Positions 11,572 through 24,600 of a DNA stretch of 64,000 nucleotides are shown one piece after another. The notes beneath the pieces were generated by a model. The model did no database searches and had not been told where the DNA came from. It saw nothing but the letters and a program-made list of their open reading frames with translations. The stretch is taken from NCBI GenBank assembly GCA_000320545.1, contig ADNK01000571.1:1-64000 (forward strand), written 5' to 3'. The stretch is from Bigelowiella natans CCMP2755 (lineage: Eukaryota > Protista > Cercozoa). A program made the translations under genes and the position numbers. Every line of letters starts with the position of its first letter. Position 1 is the first letter of the stretch.

Positions 11572-12972
11572 AGTGAGTGATTGCTTGCCTCCTCCCCCTC
11601 CTTATCTCCTGCCCATGCTTCTATTTGTAGGTTTGGGGAGGCTATCTTGGGGGACAGCAGCATTGTAAGCAGCTGTGCATCGATACGCCCCCATGTCAGT
11701 ACGCGACACATGGGTGGTCCGGAATGGTAAGCTGTAGTAGTAACAGCGCAGCAGCAATAACAGCAACAGTATTGTAGTGCTTCGTGTATATGGTGCTTCA
11801 ATCTTGTTTGTGGGAGAGGGGAGTGGAGAGGGTTGTTCTCAAGTGCGTGCGAATGAATAAATGTCAGCGATCGTATTGATATCCTCCTCCCATCTCCTTC
11901 TTCTTCTTCCTCCCCCTCTTCAGGGGTCTAGCTGGTGTGATCTCTTTGAGCATTGTTCCCCGACCCTTGAAAATTGTAGAGGTATTCACAGAACAGCAGC
12001 CTACCATAGGCTGCCCAATCTCTCCCATCATAGCGAGGAGATAAATACGGAAACCCCTCCCCCCCCCCCCCCCCGAAGATCCCCCCCCTCATCTCATCAG
12101 GCGACAATGCAGCAGATGTAGAGACTTTCCACATGCTGAAAAAAGGTCGGGGCTTGTTTTCCCAGCGATGTTTTAACCATACCACGTTTAAATCTACTTG
12201 GGGAAACATGCCCCCTCACACCCTCTTGGCGAAAGCGAGAAGGAGACCATTTTCCGTTATTTCTCCTCCCTTTTATTTTTTTTTGGGGGGGGGAGATTTT
12301 CGTGTCTTCTTCTCACAACTACAGCGATAAGATACAGCGCACTCAACCGTAGCAGCCATAAAAAATAGTAGTAGTTGCATATAGACATGCCCACCTCCTC
12401 GCACACAAGGCGAAGAAGGGGAAGAAGATGAAGAAGGCAATTAGCAGCGAACCAGCCGGAGTAGTGATCTGAGGCGTTGGTGATCTTGCGATGCAATTTG
12501 TGGTTATATAACATGTAACAGAAGGGATTGGGCAGCCCGTTCTCGGATCTGGAGGGTAGTAGTAAGAGTGACACTATGTTTTCCATTCCAGTACTGTGTG
12601 TGAGTGTGTGTGTGTGAGAGAGAGAGAGAGGGAGATGTAGTGGTGCAAGCTGCGAGTTGGAGCTCTATAAAACAACACCGACGTATCTACGCATCGTTCC
12701 CCATGCGTATTATTTGCCCCATCCCTCCGTTACGATGTGCGTATATTCCTTTCACGGCCATCGCTATCCTCCTCCTCCTCCTCCTCTTCCTTTCTCTTCC
12801 TTTTCCACCTCTTCCTCATCCTCGTCGTCGTCGTCATACTCGTATTCTTTATCTCTTCACCCTCGTTCCTATTTTTAGGTATCACACGTCCGGTCACGGT
12901 AATTGACATCGTGTATCCATCCAATGAGGATGATAATTAATATCTGGCCCCTTTTCAGCTGCCTTCTTTCTC

Positions 12973-13010
<38 letters not shown>

Positions 13011-13189
13011 TATAATTCGTTGAATGAGCAGGCAACTTTGGTCGTAGTCTCATGGTCCCTGGCACCAATAAAAACGTTGGTGAGGTGATTCAGGTGATAT
13101 AAAACCCCCCACACACGAGTGACAAAAGAGAACTGTTGTTTTCTCCCATAGTAACTTCTCTCTCGCTCTCTCTATCTCTCTTTAACACA

Positions 13190-13247
<58 letters not shown>

Positions 13248-13332
13248 AAAATAACAGCTGCAGTGACACCAACAACAACAGCGAGTATAACAATCTCTTT
13301 TGTTGTTGTCGTTCGTTGTTGCTTGTGCCTTT

Positions 13333-13364
<32 letters not shown>

Positions 13365-13563
13365 TACTTAAAAGGACTTGGACGTGGTTGGCGGCAACAT
13401 TTACGAGAAGGGCGCCTTGTTCTCGACGTGGGCGATGTCATCCGCTATAATCGCTGATGCAACTACGCAGGCACGCTCTCATCGCTAGTTATCACCCTCA
13501 TTGTAGTCGTGTATTTCATAGGAAATTGTGCATGGAACATCGAAAACTCTCCATCTCTCTCTC

Positions 13564-13607
<44 letters not shown>

Positions 13608-13614
13608 GCACATA

Positions 13615-13667
<53 letters not shown>

Positions 13668-14403
13668 TACGAGTCGTAGTGACTCATAGAATAGTCCTGC
13701 TGGTTGTACTGTCTTTCGATACGCTCCACAATCATCATCAGCTTCACTCTCTCAACGCGGTGGCCAGCGCGGGTGCGTCCGTGGCTGTTAGCATACTCTT
13801 CGCTGATTTCTTCACTGGTATCATTCCCATTATCATTAACAACACCACCATCCAATAGATGATGATGATTATGATGATGATGTTGATTTTGGTGGTAGAT
13901 TACTGATATTCTCTACTACAATCAGGCGTGTTTCACTGGGCTGTGGACAACTACGGCAACAAAGACACTCCCGTATTTGGCGCAGTAATAGAAGCTTTTC
14001 AGGTCCCCCCCCCCCCCCCCCTCTTTCCCCAAAGTTTTCGAAAGGAAAACGAAAATTCGGAACGGTGTAGTTGTGTGGGGGTATGTCTTAAGCGCGATGT
14101 GGAGGTTTCCCAACCACACCATGATTGCCCCATCCTCATCATGATACAATCATCACCACCCCCATTTCTACCATTAAGAATATCATCATTTTTGTCGCTT
14201 TCGTGGACACACAACACACACACACACACACACATAACATAGGTTCATCACGAGAAACCATGGACGCTGACCTATAGACCCTTTGCAACTAATGCTTTTG
14301 CCATATCGCTCTCAGTAATAGATAATAGGAACAGTAGTACCGTTGTTGCTTCGCGTGCATGCCGACACAACACTACGATTTTGCAAAAAGCCAATATGTG
14401 GCG

Positions 14404-14437
<34 letters not shown>

Positions 14438-14498
14438 CGGGGCGATATTGGGCACTCGGTGTATCTTCACATGTGTAGGTGTATTTTTGTGTGTACTA

Positions 14499-14546
<48 letters not shown>

Positions 14547-15359
14547 CGTAAATCACTTCCTCTTCCCCATTCTGCAATAGGTGATACCACTCCTCGTCGT
14601 CGCAACTGCCCTTGGTCCTGTGGCAAATGGCGCAATGGAATATGGAGAATCTGCGGCAGGGGGGGCGGGGATTCTGGGGCCGAATTGGGAGCTTGGGGTG
14701 GTTGTCTTTGCGAACGCGCAGGTGAGAGGAAAGAAGCAGTAAGCACACTGCACACCGACTTCATGATTTGCACGATAAGAAATATGATCGTCTTCTCTCC
14801 TCAGAGGAATGTACACACATGCATGCACACGCACGCACACACATACACGTACATACGCGCGCGCCACGCATGTGGTATCGTTCAAAGATAAACAGAGAAC
14901 CCATGCGCCATATGTCACAACGGTTACGTAGGTGCTCTCCCAAGAGTTCCACAAGTACACGCACATGAAAAGCATACCAAAAGCCGTGAAACATCTACAG
15001 GTAGGAGGATAACAGAACTTTTCGTCATCGTCATGTTGTTGTCTTCCTCCTCCTCCTCTCCCTCTTCCTACTCGTCGTCGCCGTCATCGTCGTCGTCGAT
15101 CTCTTGTCCCTCACATTGTATGGTACTACTCATTTCACACCCCCATCGTACATAATCCTAGCTGATAACAACAGCAGCAGCGCCAACTACAACAATATTA
15201 CTACTACTGCGAGATAAGTAATAATGCTGCTATACTGCTATAACTAGGATTGTGGGGTGATGCTTCCTCGAATGATGCACCAGAATCATCACAAGAGCCC
15301 ATATGGGGATAACTACTGCATTCTCACTGGGTAAGTGCCCACGCCCAAACTCCAATGGT

Positions 15360-15431
<72 letters not shown>

Positions 15432-15984
15432 TGTATGGCATTAAGATGTACATATCTGACCACAATGTATCGTAATCTCCTCAGCCAAATGAACCCCCTC
15501 CTGGACTCCACCAACTTTTTCAGGTGCGCTGCCAGCAGCAGCAGAACTGCGTCTAATAATAAATATGACTTACGGATCTGTGTCTCAGAGCAACAAATTA
15601 TCGTTGTTTCTCCGTGAAAACATACATCGATATCGAATCATCATCGCCTTTTGACACTTGCTGATGAAACACATCTGAAAGGAGTGATAGTCTAATTGTC
15701 TCAACCATCTGATAATCTTTATATCAGGCGTCTGGAAAAGATTGTATATACTTGCACCGGTAGGAAGGAAGTTACTAATTCTAGTTGAACACTTCGAGTA
15801 GTAAAAACAGCATCGAGCATGTGGACAGTGATCTAGTATCTTTCGCATACGCATACCCAAATGTGCCGTGTATTTATGTGTGTGTGTGTGTGTGTGTGTG
15901 TGTAAACTACATACAGGCAACGAACCGAAATGCTGGCAACTGAGTGCTGAGATGAAGCAAGGGGTTCTTCGGGGCGACCGATAG
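10252..15984 (+). CDS. FAD4: FAD4/TMEM189 (Kua)-family lipid desaturase, probably plastid-targeted, with a long Ser-rich and Cys-rich N-terminal extension
   Basis: Spliced exons give ADFFTGVFHWAVDNYGNKDTPVFGAVIEAFQ-VHHEKPWTLTYRPFATN, SQEFHKYTH, HQNHHKSPYGDNYCILTG, MNPLLDSTNFFRRLEKIVYTCTGNEPKCW. The N-terminus MRWPARWLGVGAPSTCIQGLSLFLVLLG is followed by an Arg/Ser-rich transit-like peptide. Continuity of the 5' half with the desaturase half is inferred. Confidence 0.8.
13185..13241. repeat. Compound intronic microsatellite (CA)n(GA)n, representative of many (CA, GA, TA, GAT, TAC, GGA, poly-G/C) across the window
   Basis: Seen directly. Most lie between GT donors and AG acceptors. Confidence 0.9.
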
Positions 15985-16660
15985 ACCGCTAAACACCATG
16001 CTCAAGTTGGAAATAATAATATAGTATGCATAGATCAATCGTGTATCGTAACACGTGGTGGCAATGTCTTACATGTCAATCAAGAAGTCATTGCACTAGC
16101 CTCTAATATGTTTTAAAAAAATGAGCGTATGTACGTGAGAGTGATGGTGTGTGTCATTGTTTGGCAGCTTGCCGAAGCGCTAGGTTTAGCGTCCACAAGT
16201 GTACGTACGTACAACGCATAATTACTAAGCTGATGTAACATATCTAGATATGCGCATACGATACGTAGATATATGGTGTACGTAAGTACGTACGACGATA
16301 ATGCAAATGCATAATTTGTGCGTACATAAGCTTTTTAGCCATGCGTCCTATAGTCCGTCGCGTGCGAAACATAAATAATGATTGCTATCATAGACAAAAT
16401 GAGCAACGAGATGCTGAAAAAAACAGTAGCACGGCTAGCAAATACTAAGTAATCATGAGTGCGAATAATGATAAAGACGATGAAAATGGAACCATCGCTG
16501 CTGACTAGATAATATGTTGGTGCCATACATATTATAAACACGGTGCATTACATCGCTACTTGTAGTAATGGCAGTTTCGAAGGACGATGTACGTACATGC
16601 GTATTTATAGCAGATGTCCATATGTATTCATTTTTTTAAGCGTTGTTGCGTGCCATCTGC

Positions 16661-17554
16661 TTATCCAAGGGTCTTTTTTGCGTTGAGAGGTTCTAATTTT
16701 AGCATAGTCCGTTCCCCAGGTGTCAGATATTTACGATTCGATGCGCTATATCCGTATATGGCAGATTTAGCCATTTCTAAGCCCGCTTGTGACGGTGATG
16801 TGGACGTCTGGCGTTTCATCAAATAGAGATAAATTAGTTCGCTGTTCTCAGTTTCAAGATCATGTTTGATAAGTGTACCTCTGCTTGTCGCTGGTGAGCC
16901 TAGAAGTATAAAAATATAACAGTTATTCGACATAATTTTACTCATTGAGAGTTAGCTTACCTTCTCAATTTTGAGTTCATTACGGATGGCTGAGACGTTT
17001 TCCTTAATCTGCTTGTGCTCACGTATCAGTTTTTCTAATTTCAGGGCAGCAGTCTGTGTCGTTAATTTCTCGGAGGAACCATCATCGCCATCATCATTTT
17101 TTTGGTCTGAGTCCGGATCCACGGTCCCGCTCACAATCTTCTCAAACAGCTGTAGCGCCTCGAGCTGCCGCCTGAGTAGAATGTTTGATCTATCGACATC
17201 CTCGCATCTTCGGGTTGCACCTGTCGGATATTATGTAACAAATTAGTTGAAAAAGACCCCATCTTCTTCATAGTTTTGCGGAACTACATTCGCTCGCTTC
17301 TTTCTGGAAGGCCTTAGTCGACGCCTGCAGCTTGAGTGCCTTTGTGGCTAGATTGAGATGGGAGCTCACATCTTCTTCATAGTGCTTAGTCAGCAAGTCC
17401 GGTGTGACCTATGTATAAAATGCATTCAAGACTGATAAAGTGATGGAATCACATTCTTTTTGTAATCATCATGGCATGAGCTTCCTTCCTCTCAAGTCAC
17501 CTTCACTGGACATCCATAGGGCTTGAATCGACAGGGCACCGTTTTGATTTCCAT
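16661..17554 (-). CDS. Hypothetical protein with a TRAF-type zinc-finger-like start (CRFKPYGC...KH) and a coiled coil
   Basis: ATG at 17554, MEIKTVPCRFKPYGCPVK then VTPDLLTKHYEED. A coiled-coil exon reads LKLEKLIREHKQIKENVSAIRNELK. The last exon ends NAKKTLG*. Confidence 0.55.
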
Positions 17555-17865
17555 TTTGGTCGTGGGCTAAGTAATGGTCGATTCACCTTGCACGTGTTTT
17601 CTACACCCCGTGTACCCTATGTCTATCTCTGTTCTTCCGATGTTTTCGAATTGGAGGGGGGCCTCTTTGGAGCTGTAGGACAGGTAGAATTTTCTGAAAT
17701 CCGATGATTTTCATTGCGCGACAATGATCATTTGATGTCGTAGTTTAGAGTTTCTAACAAAAATGTTTCTTCCATCAACAATCAGGATTGGTCCTGCGAG
17801 AGCATGATCCTTTCAAGCATTGGAACTGCTTCGCCTGGAGATTTAGTCATGTCACGAATGAGTTA

Positions 17866-18415
17866 GCGTGACCCATGATCCTTTTCACCGCTCCTGTGAA
17901 ATTGTTTCGTTCATTCAGTGACTTCATTCATTCGTTCACACTTCACTCGTTCACTGCCCAAGTTGGGAGACACGGCGCGCCGTGTCTCTGGGAGTGCTCT
18001 GGATTTGTCGTGTCTCCGAGGCACGGCTAGATATTGCTACTCGTGGACACGGCTAGAAATGGCTTTTCGTGGACACGGCTAGAGCCACGCTAGCACGGCT
18101 AGACACGCTGCGCGGCTGCTCGTGGACATGCAGACACGGCCATGGACACGCTTGGGCTAGACACGGCTTGACTTTTGTGCTGACAGAGCGACACTTCACT
18201 GTCGTGTCCGCCGTGTCTCTGAGGCTGTGCCTGCCAGCCGCACACTTTGGAGAAAGACGCGCTGCACAATGCGATGCACACGCTGCCATCACATCTAGAC
18301 ATGTTGTCAGTGACGTGTTTGTTCACGTGTGACTCATTTGGCTTGTTCGCTGCACAGCAATGCGGTGCACACGCTGCCATCACATCTAGACATCATGTCA
18401 GCGACATGTTTCACG
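17866..18415. other. TpA-depleted tract B
   Basis: Hand count: 10 TA in 550 bp, 8 of them in CTAG. Confidence 0.85.
17967..17988. repeat. Perfect 22-bp palindrome GAGACACGGCGCGCCGTGTCTC
   Basis: The sequence is its own reverse complement. Confidence 0.9.
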
Positions 18416-18430
18416 TATGGCTCATTTAGC
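18260..18430 (+). repeat. Diverged tandem duplication of about 83 bp (18260-18342 and 18348-18430)
   Basis: Shared core TGCACACGCTGCCATCACATCTAGACAT...TCACGT(G/A)TG(A/G)CTCATTT(G/A)GC. Confidence 0.85.
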
Positions 18431-18619
18431 TCGCATGCATGGCACGGCAAATGTGCTACTCACGCTGACTTGCACAATGCTGGTAGCGTTTGTGAACATG
18501 GTGCCCTCTTACATAATTTACATGCTAGCATAGTGGTTACACATGCGAGGGGACACTTAAGCATTGAGCATTGTGCACCATAGCGTTGCCCAAGCTGCGC
18601 AAAGAATCATCGATCATGT

Positions 18620-19047
18620 TCATTGTACCTCAATGCAAAAAATCAACTGATGTTGTAGAGAATTTGTTGCTGTGATGTTGCACGACTTCAACAACTTCTT
18701 CAAGACATTTAGCGGTTTCGTAGATCAGTAATGTGTTAACATTGTTCACCAATACTGCGTTTTAAATCGGGTGAGGCTGTAGATTCTACTTTTTCGTAAC
18801 ATCCAGTCGCGTTAGCAAGTGGGTCTGTGTAGATGGCACCCACGGTATCTTCCCTGAAAAATGAAAATCGATTCAAAATTGACTGCCTTTTCTCTGTCGT
18901 GGATTGATTTGAACATACCCACAATTGCACCCTTTAGCAAAGTAAGCGTTATCACATTGCTTGTCGTGCACACGGTTGTCGAGACAGGTCTTGGACGATT
19001 CGCACCAGCTGATAATAGAGGGGGTCAAAATACCAATAGAATTAGAG

Positions 19048-19124
<77 letters not shown>

Positions 19125-19404
19125 TGGAGGCTTGACAACCTGCACGAAGAAATTGCACAGCAAGATTTTTCGCTTCCCTCAGATGAGCAAGATTTTCCCG
19201 GAGTTCCTTTCTTCATCCTGAGAACGAGAGTCAAGTTACATAGATGTAGATGTAAACAACAATTTTAGTTTACATATTTGTTGAATTTCCAGAAGGAGAA
19301 GGTAGTTGTTTGTTAGATTCTTGTAGGGAATCCTTTTCCACGTTCGCAGGAGATCTGTTAACAGCCAGTGCAGCTACCGCGAACGCCACCAGGATTATGG
19401 TCAT
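18620..19404 (-). CDS. Small secreted Cys-rich protein with a PSI-like motif; 3' end uncertain
   Basis: Signal peptide MTIILVAFAVAALAV. Exons GKSCSSEGSEKSCCAISSC, WCESSKTCLDNRVHDKQCDNAYFAKG and EDTVGAIYTDPLANATGC have GT-AG borders. Confidence 0.55.
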
Positions 19405-19809
19405 TGAATTCTATTGCACGCAAAAAAACAACAAACATAAGAAGAAACAAAAGATCGATTTATGGTCTTGTTCGTTCATTGATCAATTTCTTCCCATACT
19501 TTTTTATCTCCCCCCTCTAGCTCCCCAGCCCCCTCACTCACCTTCATTGGCATCAATCCCATTTTGAACTGATTTCGAAATTTCACCGATTTATTAATGT
19601 TTTCCCGAATATTATTCAACCACAAAATCATCTTTGACTTTCACTGACGACAATAAAAATTAATAGATTTTGGCTACTATTACTTTCTGGATCATGAATG
19701 AAGGCCATTTTTCGATTAAAACTGGAATATTTTTCTGAAAGTAATTAATCGGCACGTTACCACTGTATCTTGTCAGCCCAGCACACGTCACAACACGAGC
19801 CCCACCCAG

Positions 19810-20436
19810 ATGGTCGATCGCTCCAAATTTTTTCTTGTTTAAAATACGTTCACGTGCACGAACGGTCTTTTTGCGATTAGCGAGCAGATCATTCGATATT
19901 GATGTTCAAACTGTTGGTCTTTGCGATGTTTCAGGACTTCGAGGGACAAAAACTGGCAGATAAGCTGCACCAGATTATCACTGCTGCTTTCGGGGTACAC
20001 TGAGTTTGCAATATTTACGACCAAATACGTGCATTCACCCCGAATGGACGAAAACCTATGTATGACTGACTAAGCATATTGGTGTTTCTAGCATATTGTC
20101 TGCGCGCAACGTACGCATCCACCGCAACCATACGCAGTTTGAATGTGCTGCGCTCCGATGTGTTATTGCTTTAGATATTTATTCGCCAAATCGAAATTAT
20201 GGCATATGTTCCCGTTGATATCTGATTCTGTCAATATTAAGTGTTGTAATTAAAAATTGTTCAGATAAGTACATCATCAGCGATAACTTCATTAGGTGAT
20301 CGGGTTTATCTATGGCTACCTGCAGCAGAGATTCGGCTACACAATGTAAATTCTGTAGCTTCCATTGTTGTAGTTTTTGCGATCGTAATCATGATTACGT
20401 TATTGCTAATTTTTGTTGCATACGAATCATATTAAT

Positions 20437-20493
<57 letters not shown>

Positions 20494-21009
20494 GAATATA
20501 AATCCATAAATATGTATTTTCTTTTCTGTCTCATTTGGTAGAGAGGCTTATATTTTATGGATATTATATTCCATGACTAGGTACATATCTATGGTGGGAC
20601 TGTGCATCTCAGCTATCGTACGTACACTAACCACCTTTCTACACACCACGTAGCTGCCACTTATTATTCCTTTCTTTACGGACAGATATGTGTTCCCGAC
20701 TGGGGCTTCTTGAACAAGAATCCCTTAAAATGGCAAAAGCCACTCAGTACATATCCAACTAACACTTTAAGGTCTCGTTCGACTTTAGTCACTAAAATCT
20801 ACAATTTTAGGCGAAGAAGGTGATAGCGTTGACACTGACGAAAAGGAAGAAAACGAGGGTATGCAATGAAAAGTACTTTAAAAACACATACACCTAGGTG
20901 ATAACAAATGCGATACGTTTTAGGCGAGGCAGCTACTCAAGCCCCAAAGCCCAAAACTAAGAAGAAATCTAGTGGAAAGGGAGGGAAATCAAAGAAAACA
21001 AAAAGATAA
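19810..21009 (+). CDS. SPCS1: Signal peptidase complex subunit 1 (SPC12)
   Basis: Exons give M, DFEGQKLADKLHQIITAAFG, VIGFIYGYLQQRFGYTM, YISMVGLCISAI, ICVPDWGFLNKNPLKWQKP and a Lys-rich tail. This matches the SPC12 motifs D(F/Y)xGQKLA, GFIYGY and PxW...PLKW. Confidence 0.9.
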
Positions 21010-21684
21010 TGAGAAGTAGCAGCACAGTGCACTGATGTATGCATGTATTGGCATTCAACATGTGGTAATGGACGTAAAATCAGCTGTGTGCATGGCGCAT
21101 AACAGATTCCTTGTGTCTCATTACGCACTGTCATTATTGCCGCGATCGCGCTTGACAATGCCATGCGCGCAATACGACATACATATGACGCACAGCTAGC
21201 AGCGTACACGCTCTTCTAGCGCTTCTAATGCATGACCGTACGTACTTATCCATCGTTTGCCTTTATTTCTTGATATAATGGCAGATGTCTGTGTTCCTAG
21301 TTTGTCGTAAATGTGTTCATCCTTTTGCAGGCCATGCTAGCATGTTTTAAATGTAGCTGCCATTTATCTTGTGTTTGCAAATGAGCAGCTTGCTGGACAA
21401 TGTTGTTGCATTTTCACTTTGTGTCGTGTAGTGTGTATATGTAGCATAGCTAGATAGCTCAAGGGCTAAACAACAAACTGGCGGTTCTAGCATGCATGCT
21501 GCTACACAAAGGGGCATCCTAGGACACATGTTGGGCTCGCGTACACAGCAACAGAGTCTGGATCTAGAGATTTAAATCATTTATCTAGTCTTATTACTTG
21601 TTCATGATGCAAGGTGCAATCATGCACGCGCGTGCGCACAACAACGAACATCGAGAAATTAGCGACAGTGAAGCTAGCTGGGAA

Positions 21685-24600
21685 TCATTCTGCGTTGGCT
21701 TCGGTAAGTCGCTTCCTTGCAGACATTATAACTTCAAGATCGAAGACGATACCACGAATAGCAGTGATCCATTCCTCTGGCAAGCGGAAAACACACACAC
21801 ACACATCAATTCACATATGCATAAATGAATCTACATGCTTAAACACCTGCATTCTCGTCGCCATAAAGAACTGCAAAGCGGACCGCAACAGCATCTGCTC
21901 CAGCAACACTCCCTCCAATTCCCGCGCCATTGGGACTACTCCGAGAGCGCAAATTCCTAGTTGCCTTCGATCTCTTCCGATGAGACTGGAAAGGAGACCA
22001 TTTGGAGCCTAGAGACGCATGGTGTCGCACTATTTCGTTCTTGCTCGGGGGACGGTGCCACAACTAATGTGGAAAAGCATCATTGTGAACAATCCAAGCG
22101 GCTTGATTGGCATTTATCGTTAGAGTAAGACTCACCGAGGAAAATGTGACGCTGAAGGCTACATATCCCACTTCCCTCGCTTCAGCACTCCCAGTTTTAA
22201 TCTCCTCTACTTTTGCATCCTGAAGCTTGCCAGAACCCTAGAAGTGTGCATTAACTTCAATGGGCACGATAAACATCTCAACAGTGAAAATCGATTCAAC
22301 AACAACAACAACAACAAAAGGGAATAACAGTAGCAGGATGTGCTCATCATGTCCGTAATCACGGAAACACAAACCCCATACAAGGCCGAAAGATGCTGGA
22401 CTACCCGCCAATGATTGTTTTCGTCCGTCCACATCAGGAGGTCGCTAAAGAGGTACACGTTGCAGTCGACAGCGTAGCCTGTCTTCGCAGCTTCAATGAG
22501 CCTTTTCTTGTTGGATGACTTCATACCTAAAGGCAGCTCTACCCCGGTCGTATTTGGAGGGATGAGTACTCTAAGCCGCCCCTCTCGTATAATCCGTCGG
22601 GAGGATGCAAATATTGGCACCGGCAACCCTAAGATTCGATCCTGTTTCATGGTAGCGCAATCGCGAAGAACCCAACTCTCAGTTTGAAACAGGATGGGGA
22701 AGGGACGGAGCTACACGATACTTAAAGGCTCTGGCGCAACTTGACGAAGAGACTAGGGCTGTGTTCTATGTACATGTGCATGTGAGCGGGCGTGTTGTAT
22801 TATTGATCGTACAAGTCAAGTTTCTGAGGGTCACATATGGTACGCTTTTATGACTGTGTTTCTCCACTCGATTCTGGTTGACATGGCACCATTCGCGCCT
22901 ACATCTCCCGTGAGAGCATGCTCATGTGCACTCAATATATTCACCTGCAACTGCCGAAGGTATTGGAGGTCTGACGTGAGTTTTTGCGTCATTTCGTTTT
23001 GCTGTGCAACCTGATCCACGCAGAGATGTTTCTAGATTTTCGAGAGTAACAGTGGCTGTATTTTGTTGAGGTTATTTACTGCTACTTTTTCACCCCTATG
23101 CGTACTATGGTGGAGAGTGCAGTACGAGGAATGACCTCTTTGGCTCTGGCATGTGCTTCTGAGACTAGTTCATATCTTCTAGCATCCTAATAAAATCGCA
23201 CGCACGAATAAACGGGGAAGGGTAGGAGAGGTCAGGCTGCCAAGTATACCAAGAGCAGCGCACGTGTGAGCTAAAAGGAGAGCTAAGTCCAGCTACGGAG
23301 ATGTAAAAGATCTGCAGAGGAGCACCTGCTGTGGCCAAATGTTTTTCTTTAGGCCGGCGAGGAGCAGCTTTGATGTAAAGCGAAAAAGAATACGTCATCT
23401 TCAGCAAAGGCTCATTCTGCAGGGCCCACAATGACTCACCGCGATGATTATTCAGAGTATATACAGCCACTAGTATAGTAACATTACCATCACCAATTCT
23501 ACATCCAGAATCGAATACAACCCAGATTTACAAATAAAAGTGAAAGAAGACTCTGCCCAGTGTACACACCTGGTAGCGAGGGATCCTCTGGCAAGGCATT
23601 ATCAGATAAGATGCAATGTCTTGGTATATTCGCTCCCTTTTCTCTCCTTGTGAGGACCCTTTTCGAATTCCCCAGCGACAGCTCTCGAGGAGATTTCGGA
23701 AGGATTTGTGATCTCGTTTGTACTTATTTCTGCAAAAAAAGAGGGAAAAGGTCAAAGGCTTGCTAGAACTTTCTCATTATGAGAGAGGTATTGCGGGGGA
23801 GAAGCGATTTCGCGGGAACTGAAGCTGCCAACACGTGTCCAGCTACCAAAAACTTTCTACCCTTAACAATTTGATTTGCAGGGCAAAGGCAGAGTTTCTG
23901 TACATTATGTCGGCCGCTGTGTCATAGTTTATGAGGTACTCCGCGTATAGCCTATTTAAAAAACAGCACCTCCCAAATGAGACCAGATGCTATTGCTTCG
24001 GGCGCAATGAACTGACCGAAAGTAGTCACTGTACTTGTGGAGCACTGCTGCAGGACCGCAAACTCCGTTCTGCCAACTGGTGGATTCCCTGAGGCAAAGC
24101 TCCTGAAGGAAAAATCGGGCAAACGGCCCGTCACCATCAATGAACATGGGATGATGGCGATGATAGAAGTTACGAACCCTATAGATATCCTTATGGAGGG
24201 CAATAATGCTATCGAGGTTCATGAACATTTTCAGAAAATCCCGATTGTCCCATCTCTTTTTGCTTTTGAACAGCTTGCTAATAGGGACTTTAAACTGTTT
24301 TTGCAACACCTGTAAAGAAATGTGAATATTTTGCCCCTTCTTGTAACGAAAAACAAGGGTAACTTTTCCATCATTATTCGCATCTCACCTCAAGATTTGA
24401 CAGATAGTTCCCCTCGGCCTCCACGATTTCTTTCTCTAACCCTGTTGTTGCACCCGAAAGGAAGCGCAACATTTAAAACAAGAATGAGTATGAAGCCGTA
24501 GTTCCAACTTAGACACAAAAGGTTACCAATTCTATTCCGTTTCCGGTGCAATGCCTTCTTAGATGTGCGCTGCTGCTGCAGAAACGCTCTTATTGTCGCC

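Noticed and set aside
18020-18170. CRISPR-like repeat-spacer array
   Set aside because: Units are short, degenerate and irregularly spaced, there are no cas genes, and the context is eukaryotic.
18053-18583. Overlapping His/Cys/Ala-rich ORFs in several frames (also 48498-48802)
   Set aside because: An artefact of TA depletion removing TAA/TAG stops and Tyr codons.
19810-21009. SRP19, suggested by the Lys-rich tail
   Set aside because: The internal motifs match SPC12/SPCS1 instead.
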